DNA from: a virus
Virus record (IMG/VR): IMGVR_UViG_3300044949_001245
Location: 24,604-88,603 of that record
DNA: 64,000 nucleotides
Reading direction: 5' to 3' (one strand)
The position numbers and the translations under genes were made by a program. This document shows, one piece after another, positions 37,859-46,417 of the stretch (the stretch's first letter is position 1; each line of letters begins with the position of its first letter). The notes below the pieces were generated by a model, which was not told the origin of the DNA, ran no database searches, and worked only from the letters and a program-made list of their open reading frames with translations.

Positions 37859-38107
37859 TTATTCTCCAAAAACACTTTCTTTAGGATAAACCCACATGGC
37901 TCCATCACCGCTGACAATAACTCTGTACTCATCTATTCCATCAATGACTTCTATGGTTGTGCCCTCGCTAGTTTTGTACATTTTTGAGGACACTGACTTG
38001 TACTGATTTTCCGACTTGGCTTTGATGTCGTATCTACTCGTGATGTAAACATATCCCATGATGGTGATGATGAATGTTATTAATGCTACAAAAATTTTGC
38101 TCCACAT
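37859..38107 (-). CDS. small membrane-anchored protein
   Basis: N-terminal TM helix. Confidence 0.5.
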   Translation of the reverse strand: MWSKIFVALITFIITIMGYVYITSRYDIKAKSENQYKSVSSKMYKTSEGTTIEVIDGIDEYRVIVSGDGAMWVYPKESVFGE

Positions 38108-38112
38108 GACTC

Positions 38113-38868
38113 TTAATTTTTATTCAAGTTGATAATTACTTCCCAAAACGATGCCGGCAATTTTACGTTGCTCATCACAATACAATCCCTAAACATCGGT
38201 GCTATTTGTTCTGGCGTGTATCCAGCTATTCCGCAGCCTATCGCTGTGACTAGAAATGTCTTGCCTGTATTGGTTCTGGCGAACTCCTTAAACCTATGCA
38301 CGAACACCGAAATGTCCTCCAGAGACATTTGATTTTTGGTAGTCAAATCTACAGTGGGTATGGCGTATGTGTTTCCAGACATCCCCTCTTCCAAACCCCA
38401 TTCTGCTCCGAAATCTTCATGCGCTATTCTTGCCGCTCCACCTAGATGATGACCTTGAAGATTGGAGCCAAAAACGAATACCTCATTAACATCCAACTCC
38501 GTAATTTCATCAGAAACAATCCTGTCGTCATTAGCGAACAAATTCAAATCCATCTTCCGTAAATTGTACGGAACAGCATCCAAGTACCAGTCTATGGTGT
38601 AACCGACCTTTTCCAATTCCTTTTGAAGTTTGGCGCATCCCTCATAGGTTTCTATGTCCTCTTCACTGAACCGCTCCAGAACTTTACTAACCACGTCAGG
38701 TATGGCCTCAGGGCACTCAAATAAATCGTGCCCTATGACCTTGAAATCTACATTCGTCAAATCGTAAACTTGACCCTCAATAACTTCGCCCTCCACGTGC
38801 GTTACCACTTCTGTTTCTGTCCTGCCATCTAGGCTGAACTCAACTATATCTCCGACTTGTGCTCTCAT
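38113..38868 (-). CDS. protein with C-terminal A1S_2505-family (macrodomain-like) domain
   Basis: EVFVFGSNL.G.H.GGAAR.A...FGA.WG, YAIPT, FLVT.IGCGIAG. Confidence 0.7.
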   Translation of the reverse strand: MRAQVGDIVEFSLDGRTETEVVTHVEGEVIEGQVYDLTNVDFKVIGHDLFECPEAIPDVVSKVLERFSEEDIETYEGCAKLQKELEKVGYTIDWYLDAVPYNLRKMDLNLFANDDRIVSDEITELDVNEVFVFGSNLQGHHLGGAARIAHEDFGAEWGLEEGMSGNTYAIPTVDLTTKNQMSLEDISVFVHRFKEFARTNTGKTFLVTAIGCGIAGYTPEQIAPMFRDCIVMSNVKLPASFWEVIINLNKN

Positions 38869-39203
38869 GATTTTTTGAAAATTTTATTAAACAATTGGTC
38901 AACATCAAAACCATCTACGTGGTACTCCAGTCCGTTCAGGAAATATCTACAGTTGACATCCCCTCCGTTGTAATTTGATAGTCCGTGACCGACCTGAATC
39001 AATGTCTTTCCGAAATCCTTTTTGTTCGGTATGTATAACTCATACATTGATGCGCCATAATACCCTCCTGACCTATCGGTATGCCCCGAACCACTCACGT
39101 GTAGGGCAAGAACTTTAGTTGTGTTCTTTATCTCAAATTGCGTTCCGTAATAGTTTATGACGTACTCATTCGCCTTTAGTGTCTTTACTTGTGTCGTTTC
39201 CAT
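38865..39203 (-). CDS. hypothetical protein
   Basis: 112-aa ORF. Confidence 0.5.
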   Translation of the reverse strand: METTQVKTLKANEYVINYYGTQFEIKNTTKVLALHVSGSGHTDRSGGYYGASMYELYIPNKKDFGKTLIQVGHGLSNYNGGDVNCRYFLNGLEYHVDGFDVDQLFNKIFKKS

Positions 39204-39210
39204 GGCTATT

Positions 39211-40014
39211 TTAGTTTTTAGTGGTTGATAACTGCTCTCCTAGTATAACGCTGGCTAATTCAGGATACCATCCTCTAATGAGCTGTAAAGCACGCTCAAC
39301 ATCTATCACCTGAACATCTACCATCGCCTTGCGTCTGGTCCAATTCTTGTCGATGAACTCCCGACCCATGGTCACCCCTCGTTTCTCAACCCTCTGGCCC
39401 AGCTCATACTTTCTTGTTCCGTTGCCTGTCGACACTCCGCCAAAGTTGTTATTGTAATGGTCAATTGTACAGTGAGAGTCAAACGAACATCTTACAGTTA
39501 AATCCTTATTGAGCCTCAACTCAACATCCGTTCCTTGAGTTGCTACAAAACATCTGTAACCGCCCGCAGTTTCATAACAATCAGAGTCACCATCTTCATA
39601 GTCCTCTTCCAATGTCGCAACTCCGATGAACCTCTCATCGCCATTATCAGTTTCCAAGAACTGAACACCCTGACGTTCAAAATGCCCTTTATTGCCTTTC
39701 GGCTCATTTAGGCTTTTCCAGAACTTAATGCGGTCAACTATCTCAGCAACTTCCTCAACCGCCTCATAAAGATAGTTGATGTGTATCACTCCGCTATCTT
39801 GCGACTTGTCGTAACAATTTCTGACGATGTTGTTCACGGCTGGCCAGATGTCGTTTTTTCCGAAAAATCTGAAATCAGCATTCTTGTGTTTCATGGCTTG
39901 TGAAATGTAGCCAATCAGTTCCTCCGCTTTTGGATAGAACAGGGTGTGGTGTAATTTTCTGCCCGCATCTGAGTCAGATAAATTCGTTTCTGCGTTGTAC
40001 TTGAAATTTTCCAT
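39211..40014 (-). CDS. hypothetical protein
   Basis: 267-aa ORF. Confidence 0.55.
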   Translation of the reverse strand: MENFKYNAETNLSDSDAGRKLHHTLFYPKAEELIGYISQAMKHKNADFRFFGKNDIWPAVNNIVRNCYDKSQDSGVIHINYLYEAVEEVAEIVDRIKFWKSLNEPKGNKGHFERQGVQFLETDNGDERFIGVATLEEDYEDGDSDCYETAGGYRCFVATQGTDVELRLNKDLTVRCSFDSHCTIDHYNNNFGGVSTGNGTRKYELGQRVEKRGVTMGREFIDKNWTRRKAMVDVQVIDVERALQLIRGWYPELASVILGEQLSTTKN

Positions 40015-40050
40015 TTTTGAAATTTTTTACAGTTTAGAAATTGGGGTGCG

Positions 40051-40347
40051 TTACCACCCCTTTACTTCGTGAATGATAGTTTCATCAGAGTGGTAACGCA
40101 CTCCGCTTTCTTGCTTTTTTCTTTCGATGCCTTTTACTTCGGCATAACGATGTAAGAAATTCATCGCTGAACTCAGCTGGGCAAATCGTACTACGAACCC
40201 ACTGAACTCATCACCAGGCATTTCGCTAGGTTTGATGTTTCGATAAAACCACAGACTGCCTTTGACCTGTGGATAGAACCAGCTGGCTTTCTCACCATTG
40301 CTGCTCACTCTTTCGTTTTTTGCTTCCTTAATTCTGAACTTGTCCAT
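40051..40347 (-). CDS. hypothetical protein
   Basis: 98 aa; stop codon lies in a GGGGTG/CACCCC hairpin at 40043-40060. Confidence 0.5.
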   Translation of the reverse strand: MDKFRIKEAKNERVSSNGEKASWFYPQVKGSLWFYRNIKPSEMPGDEFSGFVVRFAQLSSAMNFLHRYAEVKGIERKKQESGVRYHSDETIIHEVKGW

Positions 40348-40365
40348 TTTATGAAATTTAATAGG

Positions 40366-40626
40366 TTATTGTAATTCAAATCCGCACACACAATTCGTTC
40401 CGTCAAGAACAGGCTCATACTCGCCATGCTCCGCAGTCATATCCTCCGTGTCCCAAAAGTCCGACTCAAACGCAAGTTTGTCATCGGGAAACACTACCAG
40501 AACAGGTGCCTCATCCCCTCTAGTTGGGTGCTCGCACAGTTGAACCTTTTTTCCTTGAGAGTTCACGAACTCAGTGTAAACTGTAGGCTCAAACGCCATC
40601 AGCTTGTCGAAATTTAGCTTTTTCAT
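40366..40626 (-). CDS. hypothetical protein
   Basis: 86-aa ORF. Confidence 0.5.
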   Translation of the reverse strand: MKKLNFDKLMAFEPTVYTEFVNSQGKKVQLCEHPTRGDEAPVLVVFPDDKLAFESDFWDTEDMTAEHGEYEPVLDGTNCVCGFELQ

Positions 40627-40637
40627 GACTTTATAGA

Positions 40638-40847
40638 TTAAAATTGATAATATGAAAACATTGATTGCGCTTTCTTTACATCCTCTTCATTCCCCTTTCC
40701 TTGATACAGTATTGTGTAACTATCTGGGTAGTTCCTTGCGCCATTCAATACCTGTTTAACATCTAGTGCTCCTGTCGCAGTGTATGCTCTATTCGTCACA
40801 TTGTTAGGGTTGGTGTACAGTAAAAATTTTAGTTTCGTTGACTTCAT
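40638..40847 (-). CDS. hypothetical early protein (start revised to ATG 40847)
   Basis: The longer track ORF would run through a promoter and a terminator. Confidence 0.5.
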   Translation of the reverse strand: MKSTKLKFLLYTNPNNVTNRAYTATGALDVKQVLNGARNYPDSYTILYQGKGNEEDVKKAQSMFSYYQF

Positions 40848-40866
40848 CTTTTTTTGTTTTTTAATT

Positions 40867-40919
40867 AGTTTAACAATCAATTCTGAAGTAAAGGTACGTG
40901 TTAATTTACAAACGGCAAA
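40867..40919 (-). promoter_or_regulatory. early promoter copy 3
   Basis: TTTG-N19-TACCTTTA plus the identical 30-bp block. Confidence 0.8.
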
Positions 40920-40940
40920 ATTTTTTTCAATCTTTTTTGT

Positions 40941-40967
40941 AAAAAAAATGTCCTCACTATGGAGGAC
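40941..40967 (-). terminator. intrinsic terminator
   Basis: GTCCTC...GAGGAC stem followed by a T8 tract. Confidence 0.7.
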
Positions 40968-40996
40968 ACTTGGAAACACTGGGAAATGGATGCGCA

Positions 40997-41140
40997 CTAC
41001 CTCCCCTGCCCCCTATATGGCTTTTTGTAGTTTTTGCTGGTTTTGCTTCCGCTGGACTTACTTTTAGCATGAACTCCAGGATTGCTTTTCTTGGAACTTG
41101 GTGTCCACTTTTCGGCTGTTGTTTGTTTTTTAGCTGCCAT
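40997..41140 (-). CDS. 47-aa very basic peptide ending KKPYRGQGR (missing from ORF track)
   Basis: MAAKKQTTAEKWTPSSKKSNPGVHAKSKSSGSKTSKNYKKPYRGQGR; a YRGQG ending is recurrent in small basic phage proteins. Confidence 0.7.
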   Translation of the reverse strand: MAAKKQTTAEKWTPSSKKSNPGVHAKSKSSGSKTSKNYKKPYRGQGR

Positions 41141-41160
41141 CTTTCTATGTTATTTTATTT

Positions 41161-41544
41161 TTACCACTTAACTTTATCAGCCCAATATGCGGCAGACATT
41201 TTTCCCCTCGCAATGTTCTTTGCGTGTCGTGCCTTGAATGATGCTCTTTTTTTCTTCATTCTTTCACTTTCGCCCTCTTTTGGGTCACCAGCAGTTTCTG
41301 CCCCCTGTTCTCCAAATCTGATTGTTTTCACTTTATCACCCTCTTTGGCTACCACAACGTGTGATTTGGTAGGGTGACTTGGTGTTCTTTTCGGTTTGTT
41401 GTAACCCTCGACACCTGCTCTTTCAAGTCTTGGGTCTTTCTCTTTAGCCTTCATCAAGGCATCCTCGCCACCGACTATGCCCTTGAATATTGCTTCGATG
41501 CGATTTTGATTATGTTGGTGAATTTCTCTCATCCAGTCTTCCAT
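41161..41544 (-). CDS. basic probable virion protein
   Basis: KSHVV.AK.GDK.K.IRFG.QG, SFKARH and SAAYWA..VKW motifs; IFKG and LMKA sites; late motif at 41561-41570. Confidence 0.6.
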   Translation of the reverse strand: MEDWMREIHQHNQNRIEAIFKGIVGGEDALMKAKEKDPRLERAGVEGYNKPKRTPSHPTKSHVVVAKEGDKVKTIRFGEQGAETAGDPKEGESERMKKKRASFKARHAKNIARGKMSAAYWADKVKW

Positions 41545-41552
41545 GTTGCTTT

Positions 41553-41900
41553 TTATTCCGTAATATCTGTATCATCCAAGACATAGAAATAAAACATACA
41601 TCCTCCATCGGCATAGTATGATACGAACTTGTGCTCATCGTGAATGCGCAATTCGTATTTTGGTATTACATCTGAATTAACCGCCATCATTGCGTTCCAC
41701 TCTAGTAATGTTGACTTTGGCATCTTTTTTCTGTAATACCAATACAACCATTCTTTTTCCTCATCCTCATCTTCGCTACAAACCACCCCTACTCTATCCA
41801 CGGACACTTCTAGCAATCTAGCCACATCAGCTTTCATTTCATCCCAAATCTCATTCATGTTACTTTCTTTTATTTTTGCCCTTAATTTCGGTTTCAGCAT
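41553..41900 (-). CDS. hypothetical protein (likely start near 41858)
   Basis: ORF fills the gap between genes. Confidence 0.45.
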   Translation of the reverse strand: MLKPKLRAKIKESNMNEIWDEMKADVARLLEVSVDRVGVVCSEDEDEEKEWLYWYYRKKMPKSTLLEWNAMMAVNSDVIPKYELRIHDEHKFVSYYADGGCMFYFYVLDDTDITE

Positions 41901-42975
41901 TTATGTTGGCTTTGGTTTCTTTCATCGCCTCACGTTTCATTTTCAATTTTTCTATCATCTTGGCTTTAGCATCGGTTGCTTTTGCCTCATCCTTTTTATC
42001 CGAACTCTCTTCAACAATGACGGCATCCTGAACCTCTTGGTCACGCTGTTCCTGATACTTTTGTATCTTTTCAAAGTTGTAGTTCATCTGGCTTGGGTAA
42101 ATCAACTCACCCTGACTTTCATCATCATATGTACCTAGAACATTACTGAACTTCGCATAGAATGATTGGTTGAGTGAAAATATCAACTTGACTGGATTAA
42201 CATTCATTCTAGCGGACACCCTACCCAAAATAATTTCTTTCAAGTTCATTGACTTGAAAACTTCATCCCTCAGGTGTGCGTGAATAGTTGCTTCGTAATT
42301 TACATCAATCTTTCCATCAATGGTCAATCTGTCGCCCTCTGCCTCTTTGCGAATTTGTTCCAGAGTGACTAGCAATAGTTTGTAATCTTCACGTGACCGA
42401 CTGTTCTCATACTTTTCCTTTTGCTTACTGTAAAGCCAAACTAGTTCCTCCAGCCTACTGCGTTTCACCCCTAGCCTGATGTCTGAGTATGATGCCTTAA
42501 ACTTTTCAACCCTTGATTCAATCTCACTCGCATATTCTTTTCTGAAGTTCATCACCGACTGTTTATTCATCGGTATGCCCCACTCTGTGTTTACAATCTT
42601 CAGAACCTCGTCAACTGTAAACATCCTCCCGAAATACTCCAACATTTCCTCACGCTTGGAATCAAGCAGTCCTGAGCCTTTCTCTTGTCGCCCTTGCTTG
42701 AGCCCGAATGCTGCCCGCTTTAATGCCGTTGCTTTGTTGTTGATTTTGTAGTACAGGTCTTTTTTCGCCATCACACTTGTTTGTTCCTTTACAGGCAAGT
42801 GCTGTATTCGTTTCTGTATAATATGCGGAAATGACGCCAAGTTTACCACCTCTCCATCCGACAGCTCAACCACACGCTTTGTAGTCAATATCGGGTGTTT
42901 AGACAATTTTAACCATTCATCATATGCCTCCCTATCGGTAACACCCTCTGGTACATCTTTCAATTCTTTTTCCAT
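41860..42975 (-). CDS. probable terminase small subunit (DUF2280-like HTH + coiled coil)
   Basis: HTH-like YFGRMFTVDEV.KIV..EWGI, then DIRL..K..RLEEL and LEQIRKE; late-like motif upstream. Confidence 0.45.
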   Translation of the reverse strand: MEKELKDVPEGVTDREAYDEWLKLSKHPILTTKRVVELSDGEVVNLASFPHIIQKRIQHLPVKEQTSVMAKKDLYYKINNKATALKRAAFGLKQGRQEKGSGLLDSKREEMLEYFGRMFTVDEVLKIVNTEWGIPMNKQSVMNFRKEYASEIESRVEKFKASYSDIRLGVKRSRLEELVWLYSKQKEKYENSRSREDYKLLLVTLEQIRKEAEGDRLTIDGKIDVNYEATIHAHLRDEVFKSMNLKEIILGRVSARMNVNPVKLIFSLNQSFYAKFSNVLGTYDDESQGELIYPSQMNYNFEKIQKYQEQRDQEVQDAVIVEESSDKKDEAKATDAKAKMIEKLKMKREAMKETKANINAETEIKGKNKRK

Positions 42976-43063
42976 ATTAAATCAATTTTCCGTTTACATA
43001 TACAAACGCATCTAGTATAATACTTGTATGTTACACTTCCGACTTGTTATTGCTATGATTATG

Positions 43064-43543
43064 CTAATTTGTATATCCAGAAATAATTACCCCAATCAAT
43101 ATGCCGGCAACCGCCCCTACGATGAACCCCCATACCATACCCTGTAGAAATCTATCACTGAACGTGCCCTTATCATCTTCTATAATTTTTATCACCTCCA
43201 TCGTTTCCTCTTCAGCCCAACTTATGACTTGTTCTTCATTTACATCGTCAAGCAGCGAACCATTGATGTCTTTCGACAAATGTAGCATTTCATGAAATAC
43301 CAGCGTTGCCGTTTCCTTTTCTCTCCAGCATCTTTTCAGGTTGATGAATACGAATGGCTCATGATTGATTGGCGACAAATTACAAAGTCCTGCTATGTAC
43401 GAACTATATTTTGTATTTTCATGGGCCAGACAATCATGAATGTTTAGTCCGAACATTTCATCTACATCGAAATATCGGAACAACTCCGATGGGTCATCGC
43501 TTAAAAACAGCGTGTATCCGTTTCTTGGGTATATTACCATCAT
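43064..43543 (-). CDS. HExxH metallopeptidase-like protein with C-terminal TM
   Basis: LVFHEMLH plus downstream EE. Confidence 0.45.
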   Translation of the reverse strand: MMVIYPRNGYTLFLSDDPSELFRYFDVDEMFGLNIHDCLAHENTKYSSYIAGLCNLSPINHEPFVFINLKRCWREKETATLVFHEMLHLSKDINGSLLDDVNEEQVISWAEEETMEVIKIIEDDKGTFSDRFLQGMVWGFIVGAVAGILIGVIISGYTN

Positions 43544-43737
43544 CTTATCAAATTTTTTCTTATTTTTCTTGTTTTTCTAAATTGCCAAATATAGACACCC
43601 TCTCTCAATAAAATTCTTTCAAATATTGCCAATACATTATATTCAGGTATTTCAACTGAATATGTAGAACTCTCAAGGTATGTCCTCACAATAGGCAACT
43701 TTGCGCCTGCTCTGCGTATATGTGTTGAAAGTTTCAA
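43540..43737 (-). CDS. hypothetical protein
   Basis: 4-nt overlaps on both sides. Confidence 0.4.
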   Translation of the reverse strand: MKLSTHIRRAGAKLPIVRTYLESSTYSVEIPEYNVLAIFERILLREGVYIWQFRKTRKIRKNLIR

Positions 43738-43991
43738 ATTTTGCTATAATCTATATCAACGCTGTATAACCTCGCCAGTTCATCCAACCTCTCTCTTTTT
43801 ATTCCCTCTAAAAATCCCTCATCCTCAATCAATCCTTGTCCTGTGGGGTCATTCTCGACATCCTCTGGCTCATTACTAAATGCTTGGAAGAAAAATCCAG
43901 GCTCAAATCCTGGTACTTCATCCCATCCGTAACATACTTGGACTGGCTCTCCAGTCAGTGGGTGTAACCCTGTCGTGTTTATTCTGCTCAT
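43734..43991 (-). CDS. hypothetical protein
   Basis: 85-aa ORF. Confidence 0.5.
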   Translation of the reverse strand: MSRINTTGLHPLTGEPVQVCYGWDEVPGFEPGFFFQAFSNEPEDVENDPTGQGLIEDEGFLEGIKRERLDELARLYSVDIDYSKI

Positions 43992-44554
43992 CTTCTTGTT
44001 CTAGCTTTAATTACATACTGAATTTGTTCTATGGTATCATAAATCTTGCCCTCAGCTATTTTTAAGACTGCTCGCAAGTCCTCCAAATCGTAACCCGAAA
44101 TAAATTCCTCAGGCAGCCCTGCCACCTGTATTGACCAAACTCCGTTCCCTTTCCACAACACACTAGCCAAGTCCGCATCTTTCTCGTCATCTAGCACTAT
44201 TCTGTACCAAACTACATTGCCTTCGACCTTATCCCATACGAACTTTACATCATTAACATCTACCAGACTTTTGAAGATTGAGTCTGGGACATCCTCATTT
44301 AGAACTTCTATCACTAATTCAAAGGCAACGTCACCTCCAATTGGGAAATCCAGATTGCGTTTTTTTATGTAACGCTTCAAAATTATTTTCCTATTCCGAA
44401 TGTCAATGAACAAATCTGTTTGTTTGTCATCTTCAATCTTAACCATTTTTACATCGGCTAATGTAAGGTGTCTGCTAATCATCTCCATTTTCAGATAATG
44501 CTCTGTCTTGGATACAATTTTTTCGATAAATGCTTGCGTCAGTTGTTCTACCAT
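43988..44554 (-). CDS. hypothetical protein
   Basis: 188-aa ORF. Confidence 0.5.
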   Translation of the reverse strand: MVEQLTQAFIEKIVSKTEHYLKMEMISRHLTLADVKMVKIEDDKQTDLFIDIRNRKIILKRYIKKRNLDFPIGGDVAFELVIEVLNEDVPDSIFKSLVDVNDVKFVWDKVEGNVVWYRIVLDDEKDADLASVLWKGNGVWSIQVAGLPEEFISGYDLEDLRAVLKIAEGKIYDTIEQIQYVIKARTRR

Positions 44555-44567
44555 TTTATTTTGTTTT

Positions 44568-44864
44568 TTAATTTTCTACATGTTCTTCAAAGATAGGTAT
44601 GAACCATGAGTTGAAGTTATCAAAAACCCATATTGGAACTGATGGAATCAACCCTAGCTTCAGTATGCCTGTGTGATTATTGTAATTCATAATCTCCCAG
44701 CGGACATCCTCCAGAAATATATCCTCCAGCGTCAATCTATCCTCTTCACAATTCTTAACTATGGCTAATCCAAGAGTTGACTTGCCGGCAAAATGTTCGT
44801 CAAAATCATTTTGTCTTCCCTCTCCGTAATAAAGAAACAAAGCCTTCACTTTTCTTTCAGTCAT
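44568..44864 (-). CDS. hypothetical protein
   Basis: 98-aa ORF. Confidence 0.5.
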   Translation of the reverse strand: MTERKVKALFLYYGEGRQNDFDEHFAGKSTLGLAIVKNCEEDRLTLEDIFLEDVRWEIMNYNNHTGILKLGLIPSVPIWVFDNFNSWFIPIFEEHVEN

Positions 44865-44879
44865 GATATTCTCTAATTT

Positions 44880-45341
44880 TTAGAACCACCAATCTGGAGC
44901 ACCACGCTTGCCCCAATCAGCTAAATGTCTTTTGTCGAACATGTAATAATTTCGGTATGCTTCAATAGCATCTTCACATTTGTAATTATCAGGCATCGCC
45001 TGTGCGAATGGAGTCAAGTCATTAGCATCGAATTTCGGAACATTCCGTAAACAAAACAGCATTACATCTTTTGTCTTGTGCTTTTTTTCGTATCGGTATT
45101 CAAACTCCGAACAAAGCTGTAAGCCCAGCTTACATAACCAAAGATAGTTTTGTTTAGATTGACGAACCCATACGCCACAAGGGTGATTAACGTGCGTTGA
45201 TTTGTATGGGGCTTGACCGCCTAGTTGCCAATGAGCAGTACAAAGTAATTGTGCTGACTCTAAAATCATTTTGACTACATGTGCGTTGTTGTGATACTCA
45301 GCACACTTACGAATGTCGTTATCAAGTACAAATATATTCAT
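44880..45341 (-). CDS. pyrimidine-dimer DNA glycosylase-like family protein
   Basis: MNIFVLD, HVVKMILESAQLL, H.NHPC..W, AYRNYY. Confidence 0.75.
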   Translation of the reverse strand: MNIFVLDNDIRKCAEYHNNAHVVKMILESAQLLCTAHWQLGGQAPYKSTHVNHPCGVWVRQSKQNYLWLCKLGLQLCSEFEYRYEKKHKTKDVMLFCLRNVPKFDANDLTPFAQAMPDNYKCEDAIEAYRNYYMFDKRHLADWGKRGAPDWWF

Positions 45342-45345
45342 GGTA

Positions 45346-45376
45346 CAAAATTACTTCGTTTTTTTATCTTTACAAA
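45346..45376 (-). promoter_or_regulatory. consensus Bacteroidota promoter, probably giving a leaderless mRNA
   Basis: TTTG-N19-TAATTTTG followed by TACC-ATG. Confidence 0.65.
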
Positions 45377-45392
45377 GTAACTCTGTAAAAAG

Positions 45393-45680
45393 TTACAATT
45401 TGCCTTTCTCTTTTAATGTCAAATAAATAGAACATAAGTCACTAATTGTTTCTGGTGTACAAAATTTAGACTCAGCTTTCATTCGCCAAATCTCCAGACT
45501 AACCAAATGTAACTTTTTTTCAGGCAAGGTATGAATGTTAAAATACCTCTCATCTATTCCAGTGAATGAATATGAGAACTTCAAGGTCATTTTCTCCTTT
45601 GCCATTTTTATTATGTCTGCCCTTTCTATGCTCCTAATCTCGTCATGAAAAACTCCTATCTCAAATTTTGCCTGTTCCAT
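45393..45680 (-). CDS. hypothetical protein
   Basis: Start taken at MEQAKF. Confidence 0.45.
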   Translation of the reverse strand: MEQAKFEIGVFHDEIRSIERADIIKMAKEKMTLKFSYSFTGIDERYFNIHTLPEKKLHLVSLEIWRMKAESKFCTPETISDLCSIYLTLKEKGKL

Positions 45681-45684
45681 ATGA

Positions 45685-45891
45685 TTAAAATTTTTTGTAC
45701 GCAAAGAAAAACTTGATGTTTTTGTATTTTTTTCTGAGTATGGCTTTCCAAGTCATGAACTTTTTGTCCGTTCTGTAAAAGTCATAGTCATTTACTAAAA
45801 CACAATATTGCTTCAAACCCTCATCATAATTCGCTTGCCATTTGACATCCGCAAATTTATCCCTCAAAATATGTAAAACTTCTTCAATCAT
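45685..45891 (-). CDS. hypothetical protein
   Basis: 68 aa, coupled to RNase H. Confidence 0.45.
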   Translation of the reverse strand: MIEEVLHILRDKFADVKWQANYDEGLKQYCVLVNDYDFYRTDKKFMTWKAILRKKYKNIKFFFAYKKF

Positions 45892-46355
45892 AAATCTTCA
45901 ATAGCATATTTTCTAGCCATTCCCGCCAAGAAATCTGCCCTCTCATTATTCTTAATTCCTTTATGCCCAGCAACTTTCTTGAACTTTACTCTTAATAACT
46001 TTGAATGATAAAGTTCCAAAAGTTTCTTCCAAAGGTCTGAATTTTTCACGTCATCCCAATCCATTTCTATCCATCTCAGATACCACCTTTCCAAAAAACA
46101 ATTAACAACATAGGCACTATCTGAATGAACTACAAATCTGGACTTCGACTTATTTTTCACAGCCCACTCTAGTGACTTAATAACTGCGGTCATTTCCATC
46201 CTATTTGAGCTGGTGTTCCTCTCATACCCTAAATCTTCATAAATTACTCTTCCATCTTTCTCTACCACAAAAGCCCAACCGCCAATACCATAGGTGCTAT
46301 GTTTGGGATTGTTGTTACAAGAACCATCAGTCCATATGTTATATTCTTTCTCCAT
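45888..46355 (-). CDS. rnhA: ribonuclease HI
   Basis: WTDGSC, GGWA, NRMEMTA, SDSAYV, KNSDLW, V.GH.G...NERAD. Confidence 0.92.
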   Translation of the reverse strand: MEKEYNIWTDGSCNNNPKHSTYGIGGWAFVVEKDGRVIYEDLGYERNTSSNRMEMTAVIKSLEWAVKNKSKSRFVVHSDSAYVVNCFLERWYLRWIEMDWDDVKNSDLWKKLLELYHSKLLRVKFKKVAGHKGIKNNERADFLAGMARKYAIEDL

Positions 46356-46361
46356 CGGTAT

Positions 46362-46396
46362 AAAAAGAATGGGGGCATTTTATTGCCCCCTTTTTT
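46362..46396 (-). terminator. intrinsic terminator
   Basis: GGGGGCA...TGCCCCC stem with T tracts. Confidence 0.7.
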
Positions 46397-46417
46397 GAGA
46401 GTGTAGAAAATGACAAC

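Noticed and set aside
26347-40896. CRISPR array or att sites from the 30-bp repeat
   Set aside because: Copies are 5-10 kb apart, each in promoter geometry; no spacers, cas genes or integrase.
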